Source: a virus. Taken from it: DNA of 12,261 nt. Below, in pieces: positions 1 through 6,626 of this stretch. A program made the position numbers and the translations under genes. A model generated the notes under the pieces. It had not been told where the DNA came from. It did no database searches and saw only the letters and a list, made by a program, of their open reading frames with translations. The stretch lies in UHGV virus genome UHGV-0361364; one strand, 5' to 3'. How positions within the stretch are numbered: position 1 is the first letter of the stretch; every line of letters begins with the position of its first letter.

Positions 1-129
1 TGTCTAGCATTGTCCACTGTAGTTAATTAACTGTCTGTTATAACTCGAAAAACAACCCTTTTTTCACCTGAGTATGTCTACGAACGTCAAATATAGTTGT
101 TTACTGTGCGCTGTTGTCCATGTGATATT

Positions 130-173
130 GTGTACCAGATGTGTACCAAACCATTATTTCTGAGCGTACCAAA
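130..173. repeat. Three direct repeats GYGTACCARA (131-139, 142-150, 165-173) directly upstream of the int start; candidate integrase arm-type or int-promoter operator sites
   Basis: TGTACCAGA, TGTACCAAA and CGTACCAAA read directly in the sequence, all in the same orientation, ending 9 bp before the int ATG. Function is inferred from position only. Confidence 0.4.
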
Positions 174-181
174 TATTATTT

Positions 182-1360
182 ATGGCTATAAGCGACACAA
201 AACTGCGTACTATTTATGGTAAACCATATTCGGGCCCACAAGAAGTGGCTGATGCCGATGGCCTCAGCGTACGAATTTCACCGAAGGGGGTCATCCAGTT
301 CCAGTACCGCTATCGCTGGCATGGCAAGCCTAATCGACTTGGGCTTGGTCGATACCCATCCCTGTCTTTGAAGGATGCCAGACAGATCACTGCTGACTTG
401 CGAAAGCTCTATTTCTCAGGAACGGATCCACGCACCTATTTTGAAGAGAAGGTGGAGAACTCCATGACGGTCGCCCAGTGTCTCGACTACTGGTTCGACA
501 ACTACGTCTCTACAACTCTCAGAGAAAAGACCCAGGCACTTTACCGATCAACGGTTATGAAGCGCATGCATGACGCCTTTCCTAATCGTCCGGCATCTTC
601 TATCACGGTTAAGCAATGGGTTGACCTGCTTACCGAAGAAGAAAGAGATAATCCACGCCGAGCAAGACAGGTGCTAAGTCAACTAAGATCAGCAATAAGT
701 TGGTGCATGCGGCGTCAGTTGATAGATAGTTGCGCAATTATGAGCATCCAACCAAGGGACTTCGGCTCCCGCGCTGAGGTAGGGGATCGGGTACTGTCGT
801 ATCACGAACTGGCTAAGATTTGGCTTGCTATTGAAAGAAGCCGTGCGTCTACGTCAAATAAGCTACTTCATCAGATGCTTATGCTGTGGGGGGCGAGGCT
901 CTCAGAGCTTAGGCTGGCAAAAAAGACAGAATTTGACCTGCTGGAAAACGTATGGACCGTACCGAAAGAGCATAGCAAGATGGGTAATGTTATCCGTCGT
1001 CCAATCTTCGAACAAATTAAGCCTTTTCTCGAAAAGGCCATGACAACGTACAATGATGTTCTTTTCCCTGGAGAAGACATAAACAAACCGATCAGCATCG
1101 CTGCAGCCAACCGATTCGTAAATAGAATAAGGGGAGGGATGGATCTAGGTTACTGGCGAACACATGATTTCAGAAGAACGCTTGTTACACGTCTGTCCGA
1201 GATGAATGTCGAGCCTCATGTTACTGAGCGAATGCTCGGTCATGAACTTGGCGGGATAATGTCCGTGTACAATAAACACGACTGGATAGAGGCTCAGCGC
1301 AAAGCTTATGAGCTTCACGCTGATAAATTGTTCTGGCACATCAGGAGCATTTCTGGTTAA
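182..1360 (+). CDS. int: Tyrosine site-specific integrase, P4-type (DUF4102-like N-terminal arm-binding domain plus C-terminal catalytic domain)
   Basis: 392-aa ORF. N-terminus MAISDTKLRTIYGKPYSG...YRYRWHGK is typical of P4-family integrases; C-terminal HDFRRT and MLGHELGG...SVYNKHD fit the His-x-x-Arg and catalytic Tyr region of tyrosine recombinases. Transcribed away from the left edge, as for tRNA-adjacent P4-type integrases. Confidence 0.9.
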   Translation: MAISDTKLRTIYGKPYSGPQEVADADGLSVRISPKGVIQFQYRYRWHGKPNRLGLGRYPSLSLKDARQITADLRKLYFSGTDPRTYFEEKVENSMTVAQCLDYWFDNYVSTTLREKTQALYRSTVMKRMHDAFPNRPASSITVKQWVDLLTEEERDNPRRARQVLSQLRSAISWCMRRQLIDSCAIMSIQPRDFGSRAEVGDRVLSYHELAKIWLAIERSRASTSNKLLHQMLMLWGARLSELRLAKKTEFDLLENVWTVPKEHSKMGNVIRRPIFEQIKPFLEKAMTTYNDVLFPGEDINKPISIAAANRFVNRIRGGMDLGYWRTHDFRRTLVTRLSEMNVEPHVTERMLGHELGGIMSVYNKHDWIEAQRKAYELHADKLFWHIRSISG

Positions 1361-1532
1361 CGCCACCGTTAAGAATCCACCCTTCAACAGCTTCACGAAG
1401 GTATGATTTTGGGTGGGTTCTGACTGGCTTCGGAAATCCGTGCCGTTTGGTATAGTTCCAGATTGTCTGACGTGATGAAACACCGAGCTTGTTCATCACT
1501 TCTTTCTCAGGAATCAGGCTGGTATCGGTCAT
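1341..1532 (-). CDS. xis: AlpA/Xis-like excisionase or small HTH DNA-binding regulator
   Basis: 63-aa ORF MTDTSLIPEKEVMNKLGVSSRQTIWNYTKRHGFPKP... resembles the AlpA/excisionase family. GGAG sits 8 nt upstream of the ATG at 1532. Its 3' end overlaps the int 3' end by 20 bp in convergent orientation. Confidence 0.7.
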   Translation of the reverse strand: MTDTSLIPEKEVMNKLGVSSRQTIWNYTKRHGFPKPVRTHPKSYLREAVEGWILNGGVNQKCS

Positions 1533-1546
1533 CTTAATTCTCCAGG

Positions 1547-1573
1547 CAAAAAGAAACCGCCATATAGCGGCTC
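1547..1573 (-). terminator. Weak intrinsic terminator-like hairpin (minus strand) between the small membrane ORF and xis
   Basis: Stem CCGC (1557-1560) / GCGG (1567-1570) with loop CATATA. On the minus strand it is followed by UUUCUUUUU and then the xis SD. Short stem, so likely leaky. Confidence 0.3.
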
Positions 1574-1632
1574 TATCAGATATGTACAGGCCTCATCGAG
1601 TGTGAGGCGGTGTGATTTCTTTATTTCCACTC

Positions 1633-1848
1633 TTAATGTTTGTCAGTGAATGGTTTCTCCATCTCCATTAATGCCTTATTCATCTCCTTTCGTAACTCTA
1701 TAGCCATCCTGACGGCTTCAACCTGAGCAGGATGTCGGTTAATTGCTGGAGAATATCGTCGGGAGCGAAGGATTGAGAAAACAAAGATAATGCAAGCAAC
1801 TATCTGAATTGCATTGCATGTTATTGATACAATGTGAATTGCAGCCAT
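1633..1848 (-). CDS. Small hydrophobic protein, 71 aa (N-terminal transmembrane helix, charged C-terminal tail); function unknown
   Basis: ATG at 1848 follows a GGGGG SD. N-terminus MAAIHIVSITCNAIQIVACIIFVFSIL is hydrophobic, followed by a basic/amphipathic tail. Bracketed by hairpin plus U-run elements at 1857-1880 and 1547-1573. Confidence 0.4.
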   Translation of the reverse strand: MAAIHIVSITCNAIQIVACIIFVFSILRSRRYSPAINRHPAQVEAVRMAIELRKEMNKALMEMEKPFTDKH

Positions 1849-1856
1849 CTACTACC

Positions 1857-1880
1857 CCCAAAAAACCGCCATCAGGCGGC
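1857..1880 (-). terminator. Intrinsic terminator-like hairpin (minus strand); the stop codon of the upstream small ORF lies in its loop
   Basis: Stem CCGCC (1866-1870) / GGCGG (1875-1879), loop ATCA, followed on the minus strand by UUUUUU (1860-1865). The TGA of ORF 1872-2039 is revcomp of 1872-1874, inside the loop. Confidence 0.5.
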
Positions 1881-2039
1881 TGGGTGTTCTTTCAGTTCTT
1901 CAATTCGAATATTGGTTACGTCTGCATGTGCTATCTGCGCCCATATCATCCAGTGGTCATAGCAGTCGTTGATGTCCTCTGCTTCGATAACCCTGTCGAA
2001 TGGCTCTCCATTCCATTCACCTGTGACTCGGAAGTGCAT
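1872..2039 (-). CDS. Small hypothetical protein, 55 aa (below the ORF-track length cut-off)
   Basis: Hand translation of the minus strand from the ATG at 2039 gives MHFRVTGEWNGEPFDRVIEAEDINDCYDHWMIWAQIAHADVTNIRIEELKEHPAA then TGA. GGAG (revcomp of 2047-2050) sits 7 nt upstream of the ATG. Sits between two terminator-like hairpins. Confidence 0.45.
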   Translation of the reverse strand: MHFRVTGEWNGEPFDRVIEAEDINDCYDHWMIWAQIAHADVTNIRIEELKEHPAA

Positions 2040-2050
2040 TTATCATCTCC

Positions 2051-2076
2051 ATAAAACAAAACTCGCCGTAGCGAGT
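2051..2076 (-). terminator. Intrinsic terminator-like hairpin (minus strand)
   Basis: Stem ACTCGC (2061-2066) / GCGAGT (2071-2076), loop CGTA, followed on the minus strand by UUUGUUUUAU (2051-2060). Confidence 0.5.
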
Positions 2077-2197
2077 TCAGATAAAAGAAATCCCCGCGAG
2101 TGCGAGGATTGTTATTGTCTTTTCTTCGTGCATTTGTCGCACTTTCGGCACCATCCAGATAGGCACATCCGTCCGCAATTAACACATATAGGCCACA

Positions 2198-2476
2198 TCA
2201 TTTTTCCTCTTTTGGTTTATGAATCTGAATGGTCATGCCACTTTGAGTGGTGACTACAATGACAGAACCAGGCTGAAGGCTGTTAAGATTGAATGCTTCG
2301 TAAAACGAATCCAAGGCCAGTGCTTTTTTATTCTTTCGGTTCCACCAACGCCATCCCTTGCTACAGGCTACACTGACAATCCACTGTCCACTCCTGTAAG
2401 CCATATAAAACCAGATGAGCAAAACCTGAAGGAAGGCTATCCAGTCAATAATCGTATATTTCGCGAAGGAGTCCAT
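2198..2476 (-). CDS. Small membrane protein, 92 aa (one predicted transmembrane helix); function unknown
   Basis: ATG at 2476 overlaps the TGA of the DUF551 gene by 1 nt (TGATG). Strong SD AGGAGGTGA upstream. Sequence MDSFAKYTIIDWIAFLQVLLIWFYMAYRSGQW... has a hydrophobic segment at residues ~8-26. The longer ORF-track start at 2551 was rejected. Confidence 0.6.
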   Translation of the reverse strand: MDSFAKYTIIDWIAFLQVLLIWFYMAYRSGQWIVSVACSKGWRWWNRKNKKALALDSFYEAFNLNSLQPGSVIVVTTQSGMTIQIHKPKEEK

Positions 2477-3006
2477 CACTTCACCTCCTGCGGCGGTTCC
2501 GGTAGCGGCATCCAGTGTGACGGTTTCCACGACGCACCAGGAATTATCCACCCATCATTAGCGTCAGGATGACCCGGGATGTAAGTCGCCCATTTCATTC
2601 GCCAGTCACCTTTCCTGTCAAACTCCACGGCAACAAGAACGGCTGTTTTGGTATCCGGCATTCGCTCACTACAGCTTATCCAACTATCCGGAGTTGCCGG
2701 ATAGTTGCCATTCACAAGGTCAGCTCGAACATATAGCGTGTCATCATGGTGTTGATTGTGGCTGCACCACGTTAATTCGCTTAACTCGCCATCTTCTGGC
2801 CATACTCCAGCTGTTTGCAGCCAGATATGGGCTGGCGCATCTTGGCAAGGTGTATTAACTGGCAACTTGTAAGTTTGGCTTACAGGTTCGGCTTCCAGTG
2901 AGGCTAACGCAATCCGTGCCAGTTCCATTTGTTCACCACGGGTAAGCCCGTTTTCAAGCGGGGATTTAATGAACAATTCGATACGTTCTTTAGTGATAGT
3001 GCTCAT
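2476..3006 (-). CDS. DUF551-family phage protein
   Basis: C-terminal motif SHWMPLPEPP is the recalled hallmark of DUF551, common in lambdoid prophage early-left regions. Start set at the ATG at 3006, preceded by SD AAGGAGAG; the 54-codon upstream extension in the ORF track has no SD. Confidence 0.7.
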   Translation of the reverse strand: MSTITKERIELFIKSPLENGLTRGEQMELARIALASLEAEPVSQTYKLPVNTPCQDAPAHIWLQTAGVWPEDGELSELTWCSHNQHHDDTLYVRADLVNGNYPATPDSWISCSERMPDTKTAVLVAVEFDRKGDWRMKWATYIPGHPDANDGWIIPGASWKPSHWMPLPEPPQEVK

Positions 3007-3007
3007 A

Positions 3008-3631
3008 TCACTCTCCTTTGATGCGAATGCCAGCGGCGCGCTCGGCTTCACTTTGTTCCCAAAACCACTTGTGAAGCGCCATAAGCTTTTCGTCAATCGG
3101 TGCATATTTGCGATTAAAGTAGGCCTGAGCATCTTTCTCAGATTCGTCCGGTAATTCGCCTGGGCCAAACAGTGTGTTATAAATCCATGCCAGTCCGCTT
3201 TTAGCGTCGCCAGTCGATTGCCATTCGATAATGGCAGCCTGCATGACCAGAATGTTTTTCCCGATTAACAGGTCCAGTTCTTTGTACCGGTTGCGGATGT
3301 ATGCATTCTCGCTTTGTAATTTTGCGTTGCGCTTCTCTGCGGCTTCCAGATCAACTCTCAGCTTCCCTACCGTTAGCGCAATATCCTCGTTCTCCTGGTC
3401 GCGGCGTTTGATGTATTGCTGGTTTCTTTCCCGTTCATCCAGTAGTGCCAGCAAGGTTTCTGGTCCGGTCAGAAATTTGAAGGCGTTGAGCGCATCAATA
3501 TCCACACCGTAATCCTTAAGTTCCTGTTCACTTAACAAATCATCATCAACTGGCAACATTAACAGGCGTTCCATTGCCGGAATTGCACGTTCTGCCGCCA
3601 GTCGCAGAGCCTGATAGTTAATCTCGCTCAC
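3008..3631 (-). CDS. Ead/Ea22-like coiled-coil protein
   Basis: 207-aa ORF rich in predicted coiled-coil heptads ([39 protein letters not shown]). GTG start at 3631 preceded by strong SD AAGGAGG. Family assignment is from recalled similarity to Ea22-like prophage proteins, not a search. Confidence 0.6.
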   Translation of the reverse strand: MSEINYQALRLAAERAIPAMERLLMLPVDDDLLSEQELKDYGVDIDALNAFKFLTGPETLLALLDERERNQQYIKRRDQENEDIALTVGKLRVDLEAAEKRNAKLQSENAYIRNRYKELDLLIGKNILVMQAAIIEWQSTGDAKSGLAWIYNTLFGPGELPDESEKDAQAYFNRKYAPIDEKLMALHKWFWEQSEAERAAGIRIKGE

Positions 3632-3795
3632 TGGTTGCCTCCTTTGCGCAACATCGCATTCAGATATTTGTTTTGATTCACTGATGGAAAAGAATTTCTT
3701 TTAAGCAATTCCTCTCTCGATGGCATTGGCTTTACGCGTTGGCGAATAATCATTTCTGCCGGAAGAATGCCGGGATTGTATGCAAGTCCTCTCAT
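3628..3795 (-). CDS. Small hypothetical protein, 55 aa
   Basis: ATG at 3795 preceded by GAGGAA and located just after the stop (3806-3808) of the upstream gene. Its TGA overlaps the GTG start of the Ea22-like gene (GTGA). Alternative in-frame starts at 3813 and 3828 lack an SD. Confidence 0.45.
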   Translation of the reverse strand: MRGLAYNPGILPAEMIIRQRVKPMPSREELLKRNSFPSVNQNKYLNAMLRKGGNQ

Positions 3796-3805
3796 GGTAA
3801 ATTCC

Positions 3806-4102
3806 TCAGTCATTACTGATAGCGCCATAGCGTGAGCGGTAATTACGCAGGCGCGGGTCGATATATTCAGGGAAGTGGGTATATGTGGCTTTGCGGAATG
3901 GTCGGATTGATGTCTGGTAAATTCGCTCTCGTTCTTCTTTCTCTGCAAGCCATATACAGTGGCGAAATTCCTTTTCCTCTTTCGATTCCTGCGGTAGAGA
4001 CATTATTCGATCGTAGTTTTTTCTGAATTTATCCAGCACTTCCGATACGGAATTGCCGGAACAGCGGCGTGGGTCATCCGCACCATACAGAGGCGCTGGC
4101 AT
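3806..4102 (-). CDS. Hypothetical phage protein, 98 aa
   Basis: ATG at 4102 preceded by AAGGA at about 7 nt. Tightly packed between the SSB-like gene and the small ORF in the same operon orientation. Confidence 0.6.
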   Translation of the reverse strand: MPAPLYGADDPRRCSGNSVSEVLDKFRKNYDRIMSLPQESKEEKEFRHCIWLAEKEERERIYQTSIRPFRKATYTHFPEYIDPRLRNYRSRYGAISND

Positions 4103-4125
4103 AATGGAATCCTTATATTGCTACT

Positions 4126-4509
4126 TTAGAAGGGAATTGAATCGTCGTATTCAGGATGATTTTGATGATTGCTACTTTGCTGCTGTTGGCTGTTTCCTGA
4201 AGTTGCAAATCCAATCTTTGCATTCAGTAATTCAAGAGTGATTGATTGACCATTTTGCCCCTGATAAACATCAACCCTGATGTTTTCTCCGGTAATTTCT
4301 ACAATGCCACCTTCAACAAGAACACTACGGTAGTAATCCGCTTGCGCTCCCGGCTTGGCAAATACAACGGCGCTGTAGTTTGTCCATTCTTTCTTTTTTG
4401 TCTGGCGATCGTAATACTGAACGCCAGCACGGATGTTGAATCCGATATTTTCCCCGGCCTGAAACTCTCTTGCGGGCTTGTTTAGTCTTACAGTAATCGA
4501 ATGTGCCAT
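4126..4509 (-). CDS. Phage single-stranded DNA-binding protein-like (divergent OB-fold with canonical SSB C-terminal tip)
   Basis: 127 aa starting at the ATG at 4509, which overlaps the Erf TAA by 1 nt. C-terminus is a Gln-rich linker ending PEYDDSIPF, matching the acidic DDDIPF-type tip of bacterial SSB. The N-terminal 100 aa have an OB-fold-like beta pattern but low identity to host SSB. Confidence 0.65.
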   Translation of the reverse strand: MAHSITVRLNKPAREFQAGENIGFNIRAGVQYYDRQTKKKEWTNYSAVVFAKPGAQADYYRSVLVEGGIVEITGENIRVDVYQGQNGQSITLELLNAKIGFATSGNSQQQQSSNHQNHPEYDDSIPF

Positions 4510-5114
4510 TAAGCAGCAGCTCCTTCTAATTCGTCTCGTCTGATGTTGTAAACGTCCTGCGCTTTGTGCTGCTCCGGTGTGCCTTCGAGCATCTTCCACG
4601 CTTTGGCGAACGCCTGTTTAAGCTCTTCCACGGTGTTTTTCTGCAATGCTGCGTCAGTGAATGCTTTTAGAACCTGTTCAGGTGTAGGTGATGGTTTTGA
4701 TTGCTTTGCTGCTGCGTTCTGCTGATGTTTATGCTCGTCGGTATCTGCATCTTTCGCATCATCAATGCCGAACAAACCATTGAGGCAATACTTGCGTGCA
4801 TAAGAGCTTGTGGCTCCCGTAACTTGTGCAGAATCCATTCCTTTCTTGCTTTCTTCCTCTCGTGCAAGAGCGGTTGCCGTATGACTGTTTTCGCCATCGG
4901 TAATAGTTGCCGTGGCTTTCACATAATACCGATCACCAATCAACACAACTTCATCGCTGATTGATAAAAACAGGCCATTCAGTAACGGCTTAACGCCTTC
5001 AAGAATGTCTTCGCAGCTTCTGTATTTATATTTACCGAATGAGTTGTACTGATTCTTTGGCGCGTTCAGATTCTCCTGAATAGCTGCCAGTCTTGCGTAA
5101 AATTCTTTGCTCAT
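4509..5114 (-). CDS. erf: Erf-family single-strand annealing recombinase (P22 Erf-like)
   Basis: MSKEFYARLAAIQENLNAPKNQYNSFGKYKYRSCEDILEGVKP...DRYYVKATATITDGENSH matches the recalled P22 Erf N-terminal domain closely. Start taken as the first in-frame ATG at 5114; the ORF-track extension to 5144 begins with TTG. Confidence 0.85.
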   Translation of the reverse strand: MSKEFYARLAAIQENLNAPKNQYNSFGKYKYRSCEDILEGVKPLLNGLFLSISDEVVLIGDRYYVKATATITDGENSHTATALAREEESKKGMDSAQVTGATSSYARKYCLNGLFGIDDAKDADTDEHKHQQNAAAKQSKPSPTPEQVLKAFTDAALQKNTVEELKQAFAKAWKMLEGTPEQHKAQDVYNIRRDELEGAAA

Positions 5115-5215
5115 ATGATTGTTCTCAGAATGGACATGGCCCAAGGAAATAACGCTGATTTAATACTTCGACTCGGGACAAATTAAGGCATACCCGCATT
5201 CCTTCGCGGTCGCCA

Positions 5216-5374
5216 TTATGGCGATACCAGAGAGCTTTCTGTGTGTACATGCGTCTCTGTAACTTGCTCTCCTTCACTGTGGTTGCAAGTGACATGAATA
5301 TCTCCTTCGTTACCGATTAATTCTTTCATCTGACGAATGAATTCTTCGTCTGACCAGTTATCCGTAAAACTCAT
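5216..5374 (-). CDS. Small protein at the kil position, 52 aa (Kil-like by position only)
   Basis: ATG at 5374 overlaps the cIII stop (ATGA). It occupies the position where lambda and P22 carry kil, immediately downstream of cIII. No sequence-level family assignment is possible from memory. Confidence 0.45.
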   Translation of the reverse strand: MSFTDNWSDEEFIRQMKELIGNEGDIHVTCNHSEGEQVTETHVHTESSLVSP

Positions 5375-5541
5375 GGACGGCCTTGTTGTTTCAAAATATC
5401 CCAAAGCTTTTCGAGCAAACTTTTCATTCTTGGTTGTTTAAAGTCTGCTCCGGTTAAAATATTTTTTCGTGAATGCTGCACCGATAAAATTGGGTTGAAA
5501 GGGCGAACCGATGCCGCCCCTGCAATAGCGAACTGTTGCAT
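5371..5541 (-). CDS. cIII: CIII-like regulator (FtsH inhibitor that stabilises CII)
   Basis: 56-aa product MQQFAIAGAASVRPF...KSLLEKLWDILKQQGRP parallels lambda CIII (MQYAIAGW...ESLLERITRKLRDGWKRLIDILNQPG) in N-terminus and the central amphipathic helix. ATG at 5541 preceded by strong SD AAGGAG. Confidence 0.7.
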   Translation of the reverse strand: MQQFAIAGAASVRPFNPILSVQHSRKNILTGADFKQPRMKSLLEKLWDILKQQGRP

Positions 5542-5604
5542 AGGATGCTCCTTCTGTTTGATTGCATAACGAAAACGCCTCGAGTGAAGCGTTATTGGTA
5601 TGCA

Positions 5605-5631
5605 TATAAAAAGGCCCTCACATTGGAGGGC
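5605..5631 (-). terminator. Intrinsic terminator-like hairpin (minus strand) in the cIII leader
   Basis: Stem GCCCTC (5614-5619) / GAGGGC (5626-5631), 6-nt loop, followed on the minus strand by CUUUUUAUAU. Confidence 0.45.
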
Positions 5632-5749
5632 AAAGAAGATTTCCAATAATCAGAACAAGTCGGCTCCTGTTTAGTTACGAGCGACATTGCTCCGTGTATT
5701 CACTCGTTGGAATGAATACACAGTGCAGTGTTTATTCTGTTGTTAGTGC

Positions 5750-5776
5750 CAAAAATAAAGGCCGACTATGCGGCCT
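5750..5776 (-). terminator. Intrinsic terminator-like hairpin (minus strand) directly after the 207-aa gene
   Basis: Stem GGCCG (5760-5764) / CGGCC (5771-5775) with the TAG stop of ORF 5766-6389 in the loop, followed on the minus strand by UUUAUUUUU. Confidence 0.5.
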
Positions 5777-6389
5777 CGGAAGGAAGTCCAATCATCTTAT
5801 TCAAATCTTCTACCCGTAAAGCAGGAAGTGCTGTACTTGCTTTATCTGCTTCTTTTGGTAGCAATTCTTTGCTTTCAGGCCAAACTTCAATAAGTCGCTT
5901 AACTGTTGTTACTGAGTTCAAAGCAGCCCATACATTTGATTCGATATCCTTTTTCAAGGCTTCAAGGTTTTGTTGCAATGCGCAGATTTCATCAAACCTT
6001 TTTGTTATTTCGTGTTCTGCGTCAAACATGCATTTATCTTTGGTCGGAGTAGGGAGCAATATATCTTCGCCGTTGCCGTCTTTCCCATATGAATGCCATC
6101 CAACCCTTCTGCCAGATACAGTCAGATAAATTGAAGTAGAACGAACATCGTATGAATAAAATGAACATCCCATCTTTTCAAGTTCTTCACTTACAGCTAC
6201 CAACTTGGATGATAACTGATCCACTTCCTCAGTTTTCTTTTTACCGCCAAACGCAATAACTCTGGCGTCAAGTGCAAGCTGGTTCTTTAACTTTGTTACT
6301 TCTTCAAGTTCAGTGAAAACCCCAGACTTAATTAAAGCGTTACGAGCGATTTCCTCTTTCATTCTCGTAGTTAAGCGGATTGATGACAT
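5766..6389 (-). CDS. Hypothetical protein, 207 aa, predicted largely helical/coiled-coil; candidate accessory (moron) gene
   Basis: ATG at 6389 preceded by SD GAGAGGAA; the ORF-track start at 6404 is TTG. No family recognised. Lies between ral and cIII and is bracketed by terminator-like hairpins at 6405-6435 and 5750-5776. Confidence 0.65.
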   Translation of the reverse strand: MSSIRLTTRMKEEIARNALIKSGVFTELEEVTKLKNQLALDARVIAFGGKKKTEEVDQLSSKLVAVSEELEKMGCSFYSYDVRSTSIYLTVSGRRVGWHSYGKDGNGEDILLPTPTKDKCMFDAEHEITKRFDEICALQQNLEALKKDIESNVWAALNSVTTVKRLIEVWPESKELLPKEADKASTALPALRVEDLNKMIGLPSEAA

Positions 6390-6404
6390 ATTAATTCCTC
6401 TCAA

Positions 6405-6435
6405 ATAAGAAAATAAAGGCCACCATCAGGCAGCC
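6405..6435 (-). terminator. Strand-specific terminator-like hairpin (minus strand) overlapping the ral stop
   Basis: Minus-strand RNA GGCUGCC-UGAU-GGUGGCC forms 7 bp including two G-U pairs (these would be C-A mismatches in the plus-strand transcript), followed by UUUAUUUUCUUAUU. The ral TGA sits in the loop. Confidence 0.4.
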
Positions 6436-6626
6436 TTGTTGTTCAGTTTACCAAGTTCTCTGGCAATCATTGCCGTCGTTCGTATTGCCCATTTATCGAC
6501 ATATTTCCCATCTTCCATTACAGGAAACATTTCTTCAGGCTTAACCATGCATTCCGATTGCAGCTTGCATCCATTGCATCGCTTGAATTGTCCACACCAT
6601 TGATTTTTATCAATAGTCGTAGTCAT
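6426..6626 (-). CDS. ral: Ral-like restriction alleviation protein
   Basis: 66-aa Cys-containing product MTTTIDKNQWCGQFKRCNGCKLQSECMVKPEEMFPVMEDGKYVDKWAIRTTAMIARELGKLNNKAA matches my recollection of lambda Ral in length and sequence. Located between N and cIII as in lambda. Confidence 0.7.
   Translation of the reverse strand: MTTTIDKNQWCGQFKRCNGCKLQSECMVKPEEMFPVMEDGKYVDKWAIRTTAMIARELGKLNNKAA

Noticed and set aside
825-1483. ORF-track ORFs 825-1043 (+), 871-1110 (-) and 1145-1483 (-) inside or antisense to the integrase gene
   Set aside because: Fully embedded in the well-supported int reading frame or its reverse complement; no SD and no recognisable protein features.
1809-2572. ORF-track ORFs 1809-2054 (+), 1946-2185 (-), 1969-2253 (+), 2219-2572 (+) and the long form 2198-2551 (-)
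   Set aside because: They run across the terminator-like hairpins or are antisense to better-supported minus-strand genes. The region is better explained by SD-supported ORFs 1872-2039 and 2198-2476. The long 2198-2551 form would overlap the DUF551 gene by 75 bp and has no SD.
3796-3948. Longer N-terminal extensions of the small gene (ORF-track start 3948; ATGs at 3828 and 3813)
   Set aside because: They would overlap the upstream gene 3806-4102 by up to 143 bp in another frame and lack an SD; the ATG at 3795 has GAGGAA upstream. An 8-nt overlapping start at 3813 cannot be excluded.
2969-4964. Plus-strand ORFs 2969-3154, 3231-3512, 3832-4026, 4053-4241, 4246-4485, 4701-4964 and minus ORF 4667-4897
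   Set aside because: Antisense to, or out of frame within, the densely packed minus-strand operon genes (Ea22-like, SSB-like, Erf); low-complexity translations with no ribosome-binding sites.
5371-5646. 91-aa long form of the cIII-like ORF and the N-terminally extended forms of ORFs 5216-5404, 5766-6404 and 4126-4599
   Set aside because: The extensions begin at TTG or lack an SD, while internal ATGs at 5541, 5374, 6389 and 4509 have strong SDs and give products that match known family N-termini or overlap upstream stops in the usual coupled arrangement.
5728-6129. Plus-strand ORF 5728-6129 (133 aa)
   Set aside because: Antisense to the SD-supported 207-aa minus-strand gene; Ser/Leu-rich translation typical of a reverse-frame artefact.
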